Shown here one piece after another: positions 35,925-43,900 of a DNA stretch of 64,000 bases (positions within the stretch are counted from its first letter, which is position 1; each line of letters opens with the position of its first letter). The DNA is from Alphaproteobacteria bacterium (lineage in GTDB: Bacteria; Pseudomonadota; Alphaproteobacteria; Thalassobaculales; Thalassobaculaceae). The DNA lies in the NCBI GenBank assembly GCA_024742275.1, contig JANSYS010000013.1, forward strand, positions 27,704-91,703. Direction: 5' to 3'. A program made the translations under genes and the position numbers. The notes beneath the pieces were generated by a model that did no database searches, was not told where the DNA came from, and saw only the letters and a program-made list of their open reading frames with translations.

Positions 35925-38900
35925 CTATTCAGCGCTTAGCCGCACCACCGCATGCCTGCCGCCGACCGCGTCATCTGCGATACGAAGCACATGGGAATGG
36001 TGGGTCAGCACGATCACCTGCGCTTCCTCGGCGAGATCCGCCAGCGCTTCGAGCATCGCACCAGTCCGCGTGTCGTCGGATGAACTGAGGATATCATCCA
36101 GGATCAGCGGCGGCGCCTGGCGGGCACGAGCGAGCTCGAGGTATCCCGCCATACGCAGGGCCAGAAATAGCTGGTGGCGCGTTCCCTCCGACAGAGCTTC
36201 GACCAGTTTGAGCGAGCCGTCTTTCGCTCGCGCTGCGAGCTTGTCGCCTTTGTCGCCCGGTTGGGTCACCAACTCCGGATACCGACTCTGCGTCATCCTC
36301 GCGAAGAACCGACCGGCCGCCTCCAGCATCGGTCCCTTGTTTTCCTGGCGGTAGCGCCCGAGCGCCCAGCTCAACGCCCTCTCGCCCGCTCGGATGCGCG
36401 TGTAGTCGGCGATCTGCTCGACCAAGTCGGAGGCTAGGATCTCGCGCTCCTGCTGCAGGCGCGCGATCTCGTCGGAACCCGACATTTTCTCAAACGCCCC
36501 CCGGGCAACAGCAGCCGCCTGTCCGGCTGAGTCACGGCGCGCCATGACTTGGTCCAGTTCCGCCTTTAGCTGCTCACGCTCGGTGTTCAGCTCGTCCTCG
36601 TCACTGTCATCGAGCATCTTGAGCGCCTCCTCGATCGACGTGGCGGAGAGTTCCTCGACGATCTCCCTTTCGCACTCGCCGACCGTGTTGTTCAGGCCAG
36701 CCCTCTTCACGCCGTCCCGCACCGCCAACATCAGGTCCGAAAATTCCGTTTCTCCGAATTTTGCGGCTAGGTCAGCCAACTCGGATCGCTTCTCCTCGGC
36801 CTTGACCTTCAGTTGCCCCAGGCTCTCGTCAAATCCAGCGATCCGCTCCTCGAGATCGGCCACGCTCCTGTCACGGGCGTCAGCGGCGTCCAGCCGCGAT
36901 TTCAGCTGATCGATAACGAGTAGGAAGTCGGCGCCGTGCAGGTCCTCAGGCGCTTGGAGATCCGTTGCGTCAAGGAATGCCTCGAAACCTTCCTTCACCC
37001 CGGCTTCGTCCACTTCGATCTGCTCGATGCGACGGCGGGCAGTTTTCAGATCGGCGCGGGCGCCGCTCAGGTCAGGCAACCGGTTCAGAATGCCCGACAC
37101 CTGATCGTGGCCGCTATCCTGCGGGATCCAGGTTTCCCTCAAGGCGGCCTCGAAATCCGCTTTCCAGGTCTCGACCGTCTCTGTGGCCTCTGATAGCTCG
37201 CTCTGCCGCTTTTTGACCGTGGCTACGGCGGTCGCCTTTGCCTTGAGGGCTGACTCGCGCTTGCGCTGGTGTTCCTTGAGTTCCTCCACGCATTGTTCGG
37301 CGAGGTTCTGTAGTGCAGAGAGCTTCATTTCCGCGGGCACCGATGCTCCGACGGCCGAGAGCGCCTCGGTGAGCCCAGCGACGTGCTCTGCAGCCGCTTC
37401 CTGCAGCGCTTTCGACTCTCGCTTCCTCGTTTCAATCTTCCTCAATGAGGAGGAGACAGACACCTTCGCTTCGATCAGCCGGCGCAGGCCGGAGATTCCG
37501 CTAACATTGACCTCGTCGGGGATAAGATCCGCGATCTCCTTGTCGACGCCGGCCTGACCGTCCTGCGCGGTCTCAAGCTCCTTCGCCAACCGGTTCATAG
37601 CCACCTTTTCCCGGTCGCGGTCGCGCATTGCGGCGTTCACTTCGCTCAGGCGGTCCGCATGGCGGATCCGGTCCTCGAAGACGCGGTCCGTATCAGCCAC
37701 CGCCCCGGAAAGGCGGGCGCGAAGATCGGCGACCTCATCTGCGGTGAGCGGCCCGTTGAATTCAGCGATCAGAGCGTCGCGGGCGGTCAGCAGCGCCTTA
37801 AGATCGGAGTCGGACGACCTTGCCATGTCGCCGAAGGACTGAATGCGCTCCTCGGCATTCACGTGGATATCCCGCCGTCGGGCGATGTCGCTCTGAATAC
37901 GGCCAACTTCGCTGCGCGCCTCTTCATATCGCCGCTGCAGATCCTCCACATCTCCATGATGGGGAAGCTCAAGGGTATCCAGCCATCCGGCAAATTCGAT
38001 GCCGATCCCAACACCGCCGAGGGTGATCTGCAACTCCTCCCGCAGCATCTCCTGAGACTTCGCGTTCTCTAGTTGGTCGGTCACGAGGTTTCGCTCCCTG
38101 CTCGCCTTGAGCAGGGCGGCTAGAGCCGACGGGTCCGCCGCCTCTTCGATGGAATCGAGTTCGGCCGACGCCGCCTCAAGGCTCTGCCTAGCGCTATCAA
38201 GTTCCCGCTCCGCAGCATGCAGGGCCGAGTTCGTTTCGGTGTGCAGCTTGATCAGGCCGGAAAGATGACTCACCTCCTGCGGCGTCAGGCCGAGATCCGC
38301 ACCGCCCCCTTCGATCGCGACATCCAGTTCGCCGAGGACGCGCTCGATCTTGTCCTGCGCCTCCTTCTCCTCGTCCTTACGGTTCGGGAGGGCCTGTCGG
38401 CGATCCCGGATCATGATCGCGCTGGCTGCGAAATCCTCAATCGCCGCCCGGTGCAGAGTGACGGAATCCGGTTGGGGAATTGCTGCGAGTTGCTCCTGGA
38501 GGGTGGCCCTGTTCTCGCTTGCCGCGGCGGCCCTCGCTTGGAGTGCGCTCATGTCCTGGACAACACCATTGAGCCGGTCCTGGTCCGCCTCGCTCGCAAC
38601 CTCTCCTTCGCCAAGCGTCTCGAGATCGTTGAGCGCGCGCAGGCGGTCGCGGTATGGCCTGAAGGCGGACAATCTGCCTTGGATCCGCGCGATCTGAGCG
38701 CCGAGCCTGACGAACTCTTCCTTGGCCTGCTCGAATGCACCGTTCTGGGCCTCCAGCTCCTTTCGGGTCGATTGATAGGCGTTATTCGACGTCTGGAGAT
38801 CGCGGATCTTGGCGTCGATCTCCTTGATCTGGTTCGACAACACCTTCGCTGTCGCGCTGTGCTTTCCGCTCCAGATGGCTGCAGCCTGTTCGTTCATGGC

Positions 38901-39398
38901 GTCGAGGCGGGCCGGCAGGTCCTGCAGTCCGGTGGTTCCGGCGAACAGGAGCTCGCCCAGACTTCCCTCTCCCCTTGAGATGGCCTCGCCGCCGGCGTCC
39001 AACTGCTCCCGGTTGACCGAGAAGGTCCGCTCGAACTCGGCACGGTCGAACCCATCCACCACCGCTGCGAAGGGGTTGTCCGCAAGGGGCCGGTCGCTCA
39101 CGTCGACCATGTCATCCCTGTGTTTCTTCAGCCGGTAGGCCTCGACCTGGCTCTGGGCGACGGTCGCCCGGGCGCCGACCTTGAGCATGCCCTGGGCGGC
39201 GAAGCCCATCTTCGACTGGTTGTGGAAGCGGAACAGCAGGTCGGAGATCGCCTCGCGGATCGTCGACTTCCCCGCCTCGTTCGGCCCGTAGATGATCTGG
39301 AGATCAGTCTCTCTTCCCGGAATGCCTGATTTCTGGAATTCCAGGCTTCTGCTGTCGAAATGACCGTAGCGGACCAGCTCCAGCGTCTCAAATCTCAT
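35925..39398 (-). CDS. SMC/SbcC-like AAA ATPase, YhaN-type (1157 aa)
   Basis: MRFETLELVRYGHF..IIYGPNEAGKST (Walker A), about 900 aa of coiled coil, LSEGTRHQL signature and PLILDDIL Walker B. The ATG at 39398 overlaps the upstream stop (ATGA). No CxxC hook seen. Confidence 0.88.
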   Translation of the reverse strand: MRFETLELVRYGHFDSRSLEFQKSGIPGRETDLQIIYGPNEAGKSTIREAISDLLFRFHNQSKMGFAAQGMLKVGARATVAQSQVEAYRLKKHRDDMVDVSDRPLADNPFAAVVDGFDRAEFERTFSVNREQLDAGGEAISRGEGSLGELLFAGTTGLQDLPARLDAMNEQAAAIWSGKHSATAKVLSNQIKEIDAKIRDLQTSNNAYQSTRKELEAQNGAFEQAKEEFVRLGAQIARIQGRLSAFRPYRDRLRALNDLETLGEGEVASEADQDRLNGVVQDMSALQARAAAASENRATLQEQLAAIPQPDSVTLHRAAIEDFAASAIMIRDRRQALPNRKDEEKEAQDKIERVLGELDVAIEGGGADLGLTPQEVSHLSGLIKLHTETNSALHAAERELDSARQSLEAASAELDSIEEAADPSALAALLKASRERNLVTDQLENAKSQEMLREELQITLGGVGIGIEFAGWLDTLELPHHGDVEDLQRRYEEARSEVGRIQSDIARRRDIHVNAEERIQSFGDMARSSDSDLKALLTARDALIAEFNGPLTADEVADLRARLSGAVADTDRVFEDRIRHADRLSEVNAAMRDRDREKVAMNRLAKELETAQDGQAGVDKEIADLIPDEVNVSGISGLRRLIEAKVSVSSSLRKIETRKRESKALQEAAAEHVAGLTEALSAVGASVPAEMKLSALQNLAEQCVEELKEHQRKRESALKAKATAVATVKKRQSELSEATETVETWKADFEAALRETWIPQDSGHDQVSGILNRLPDLSGARADLKTARRRIEQIEVDEAGVKEGFEAFLDATDLQAPEDLHGADFLLVIDQLKSRLDAADARDRSVADLEERIAGFDESLGQLKVKAEEKRSELADLAAKFGETEFSDLMLAVRDGVKRAGLNNTVGECEREIVEELSATSIEEALKMLDDSDEDELNTEREQLKAELDQVMARRDSAGQAAAVARGAFEKMSGSDEIARLQQEREILASDLVEQIADYTRIRAGERALSWALGRYRQENKGPMLEAAGRFFARMTQSRYPELVTQPGDKGDKLAARAKDGSLKLVEALSEGTRHQLFLALRMAGYLELARARQAPPLILDDILSSSDDTRTGAMLEALADLAEEAQVIVLTHHSHVLRIADDAVGGRHAVVRLSAE

Positions 39399-40687
39399 GA
39401 CCCATCCCCCTTGCTCGCAGCCGCCGCGGAAGCCACCGCCTCCGCTGCCATGGATTCGAGCCACCCGGCGATGTGGTCGGCGCTTTCCGGATCCAGGTCG
39501 GTTAGTGGGTTCAAGTGCCCCGGGTGTGCGCGAAGGCCCGGAGGCAACTTTGCGAGGATGGCCTCGAAGTCCTTGACCAGCTCCTTCACCAGGTCGCTGT
39601 CTGCGGTCGCACCGGTGCGGATCATGTCCGTCAGGTGCGCAAGTGTGCCTTTATCAATCTCCGCGCGCTGATTATCGCCGGCGGACGCAACGATGCCGAT
39701 CTTCTCGACGGCGACCCGATCGGTGCGGGCCTGAATGTTTGTCTGGATGAGATCGAGGAGATCGTCGCGGCCGCGCCGCACAGCTGGAACAAGTGCCCGC
39801 GGCACAGCGAGTTCAGGCCGCAGGAGCGCTCGACCATGGTCCGATGCGTCGATCAGAGTGCGCGCGATGTCTCCCGCCTCGGCCTGGATGTCGTTGAAAG
39901 ACTCGGCTGAGCTGAGATCGATCGGAACGCGCTCGAGAACGACCGCCGATGTGTCGAACCACTCGATGTTGATCCGGCCGTCAGACACTGTTCCTAGAAC
40001 AGCCCGTCCTTGCCCGGTCTCGCCCATGTCGCGTCCCTGCGGGATGCCCGGGTAGACGATCCAAGGCCGCTCAGGCGTCCCCTCCTGGAATACCTGGCTC
40101 TTGTGGACATGACCGAGGGCCCAGTAGTCGTAGCCTTTGTCCCCCAGTCTGGCTGGCGAGGTCGGCGCATAATCGGCATGCTCGGAGAATCCGCCGAGAG
40201 AGGTGTGCAGCATGCCAATATTCACCCATCCCTGAACCGGATCTGGGTAGCCTGGCGTCATATCCGCGGTGACACTGTTGTCCCTAAACGACGCGCCATG
40301 GATCGCAACCTCGTGTTCCTCGAAGCGATGGGTTGATGCCTTGGGCTTGAAGACGGTCAGTGTTTCAACGTCGGGGAATGGCGGCTTCGCCACCGTCTCG
40401 GCGTCGTGATTGCCGAGGATGATGAAGGTGTGAACACCGGCCTTGCCGAGGCGGCGCAAGCATTCGGCTAAGTAGAGGCCGGTGCGCATGTCCTTGGTCG
40501 AGCCGTCGTATAGGTCACCCGAGATCAGCAGCGCGGCGACCCTCTCCTCGATGGCCTTATCGACGATCCGCTCGAACGCCGCACGCGTCGCTACACCAAT
40601 AGCCTCGGCGAGATCGGCATTCCGCCGGCTCAGCGCCTTAAGCGGGCTGTCTAAGTGGAGGTCGGCGGTGTGGATGAAGCGGAACAT
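39395..40687 (-). CDS. Metallophosphoesterase DNA-repair exonuclease, SbcD/Mre11-like (YhaO-type)
   Basis: MFRFIHTADLHLD, SGDLYDG, ILGNHD and ALGHVH calcineurin-like motifs. Start chosen at the ATG at 40687. Confidence 0.88.
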   Translation of the reverse strand: MFRFIHTADLHLDSPLKALSRRNADLAEAIGVATRAAFERIVDKAIEERVAALLISGDLYDGSTKDMRTGLYLAECLRRLGKAGVHTFIILGNHDAETVAKPPFPDVETLTVFKPKASTHRFEEHEVAIHGASFRDNSVTADMTPGYPDPVQGWVNIGMLHTSLGGFSEHADYAPTSPARLGDKGYDYWALGHVHKSQVFQEGTPERPWIVYPGIPQGRDMGETGQGRAVLGTVSDGRINIEWFDTSAVVLERVPIDLSSAESFNDIQAEAGDIARTLIDASDHGRALLRPELAVPRALVPAVRRGRDDLLDLIQTNIQARTDRVAVEKIGIVASAGDNQRAEIDKGTLAHLTDMIRTGATADSDLVKELVKDFEAILAKLPPGLRAHPGHLNPLTDLDPESADHIAGWLESMAAEAVASAAAASKGDGS

Positions 40688-40984
40688 GACCTCTGAGCCT
40701 GCGGGGGATTTTGAGTGGCGTTTCAAGCATATCCTGAACAATTTTTGATAGTATCACTAAATGTGGCATTGTCATTTGGCGACCGGACGCAACCAGATCG
40801 GTATGGCATGGGGAAACCCCCATTGGATTGGGAAACGAGGCGTGGAGGGGGCCATGGAAGCGATCTCACTATAGGCATCTCCGTATATCAAGTCCGCATC
40901 TGTTCAGACCGAAGATAGACCACCTACTTGACGGGCTTCACCAGGATTGCAACGTAGACGGGCAATTTAGCCGGAGACTGGCGA

Positions 40985-43900
40985 GTGACAAGAGAAGAGA
41001 TCGAAAGCACCCTGTTGCGTGGCGGCGCGGTTCCGGTCGGTGATTCTTCCGGCGGTGAGATCTTATTGGCCGAACCGAACGCGCGGCGGGCCGCCTCCGT
41101 CCTGTTCGAGCAACTCCGCGGCGCATCGGCGGACGAGTTGCGCAATGACGATGACTTCTTCGAGGCACTCGAGACCGCGTTCTTGGCTGAAGATGATAAG
41201 GACACCAAATCGCCCGCGTCGCCTGAGGATCCGAGTGGCTTGGTCCGCGGCCCCACCAGCCAGCCTTCGAAGGTCTGGCGCCTCAAGCTGATCGAGACGC
41301 AGGGATTTGGTGGGCTGAACGCAGTTTCTGGCGACACCTTCAGGTTCGAGGTGGCAGGCCGGGACTTCTGTATCGAAGGCCAGAATGGAAGCGGCAAGAG
41401 CTCGCTCACCAACGCTGTGTTGTTCGCCATGACGGGTCAAATCCATCGCGACCAATTTGGCCTCGTCGATGCCAAACGCTGCGAGCCGGTGGCCGCCGAC
41501 AACGGAAAGACCATCGCCGAATGGCCCCCGATCGCCATTTACCCAGAAGATTGGGGTATCGACCGGCCGGATGTTGATGTTCAAGTTACATTGACCTTCA
41601 CCTGCGGAGACGATGACTGCACCGCCATCCGGCGCTTGCACGGCGCACCCGATAATTTGGCCGACGACCACAATATTGCCCCCGAACTCACCGGTGTACG
41701 GACGTTGATCGACGCCGGGCTGCTGATGCCGATGCGCGTCCAGCACATCCGGATGGCGAACCCGAACGACAACCAGTCTCTTCTAGCCCTGATCCGGCAG
41801 CTCATTGGCCTGGATCCGCTTATCCATGTTGCGGAGCTCGCAACGTCGCTTGGGCATGGCGGCCAGCGATTCCGAAAGTACGCCAAGGACAAGGATATCG
41901 GCGGACGGGTAGAACGGATCAACAAGCTCCTCGAGGGAGCCAATGAGGTTTTATCGGAGCAGGATCCGGACCTCGGAATTGAGATGGAGGTCGACGGGAC
42001 GACACCCGTCGCCGAAGAAGATCTGCGCCTATTGCAGGAGGCCGCGGAACGCGTTGAAAAACTTCAGGCCGATGGCTTCGAGGATCTCCGCAAACTGGCC
42101 TTTGATGAGTTCGATCCCGCCAACACCGAACACCAGGCGCGCGTGAGCCAGGCTGTCGCCGATCTGGCGACCGGCGTTGAAGACCTGCGGAAACCTGCGA
42201 ACGCTCCAGCGATTCTTCGCGACTTGAGAGTCCTATCGAGCAACGTCTCCGATGGGCACATCGACCGACTGCTGACTGCCCTATCGAAGGCGCGGCAGGA
42301 CCTTGAAGATGCCGAAATCTGGGCAGAGAAGCAGGAAACCGATGCTCGGCTTCGCCTGAAAGCCATAGCCGCACCGCACTTTCAGGACTGCGAAGATCCA
42401 TTGTGTCCATTGTGTGAACAGCCTTTGAAGATTCCGCAGCATACAACGTTGTTGACGGATCTGAAGGTTTTGACCAAGGACGCAGAAGCGGCGCAAACGC
42501 GCCTGGAGGATGCATGTCGGCGTATCCTGGATGACATAGTTCGCGCCCGGGACGAGGCTGTTCCAGAAGCATTCAGGAAAGTTCAGCGCTTCCGCGCGAA
42601 AGAGGAGTTCCGCGCCCACGTCGCCGCGATGTTGTTCGGTGACAACGATGCCGCCGATACGCTCCCAGGCCTTAAGGAGCGCGCGGATGGCATCCTACAA
42701 GCCGTTATTGGCCCGCTTGAGGAGTTTGAGTTCGGTGAGAATGTGCCTGAGCCGGAGAACGCGCCCTCGCGGATCCGGTGGATAGTCGATCACTTAGACG
42801 ATGTCTGCAGTGCGGCACAAAACTGGACTGACGAAACGCGTCAGCCTTACCGGGATGCCTGGTCAGGGTTGTTCGCCGAGGCGGAGGAAAATACCGCCCC
42901 TCTGTCATTGACGACCGAAATCGGAGCGTTGCAACGAACCATCGCCTCCATTGTTCCGTATCGCACCGCCGGCAAAAAGCTCGAAGACGTTATCAAGGAG
43001 ATCGCTGAATATAACGCCATCGTCAAACGCCAGATACTCCGCGACGCGATCGCCAAAAGCCTGTCGCCACTTAGAGAACTGATGATGTTGGTCAACCGGA
43101 CGACACAGCAGACCATAAACGATGTCTCCGGCTTGGTCGAACAAGTCCACGCTGAAATCTACAACTCCGAAGCCCTGCTCTACGACAAGACTGATGTGAA
43201 GGAGACGCGGAACAAACAATCCCTGTCGTTCCGTGGCCGCCTCGGCAAGGACCAGGACTGGACCATCGATGCTGCCGTGCTCGCCAACACGTCCTGGATG
43301 CGGGGAATTCTCTGGTCGTTTGTTTTTGCAATCCGGCAACGCGCCATTGAGAGTGCGGGTGGCTGCCCATTTCCGCTGGTGATGCTGGACGATCCGCAGA
43401 TCACATTCGACACCCGTAACCAGAAGGGTTGGGTTAAGTGGCTCGGCCTGTCCGACGGCCTACGCAAGGACCATCCAGTCCACATCGTGATCACAACCCA
43501 TGGCCACGAATTCGCTCAGGAGATGCAGGCCTCAAAGGGCGTCACAATGGGAGCGATAGAAACTGCCCGAAGACCTGGCGCCCCGGCACAACTCGTGCTC
43601 GCCGACTTCGCGGAAATTCGCTTCCAGCAGATGGAGGAGTTGAATTCGGACCCGAAAGCGCGCGAATTAATCTCGGCAATCCGGGTCTTGGCAGAGACCC
43701 TGCTGCGCTTCGCTTTGTCGGCGATCGACCCCAAGCGGGTGGAACGAAAAGACGCAAATATAGGAAGGTTGGTCGAGGAAATTGCACAAAGTCGTCAGAA
43801 TGGAGAGGCGCCGTTTACCGACGGTGTCTTCGAGCGCCTGATCAAACTCAAGGATGGCAACACCATTCGGTTCAGCGAGCTGAGCGAACCTCACCACAAA

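Noticed and set aside
40688-40984. Alphaproteobacterial SOS box (GTTC-N7-GTTC) controlling the divergent module
   Set aside because: Single GAAC and GTTC tetramers are present, but none has the required partner at a 7-nt spacing.
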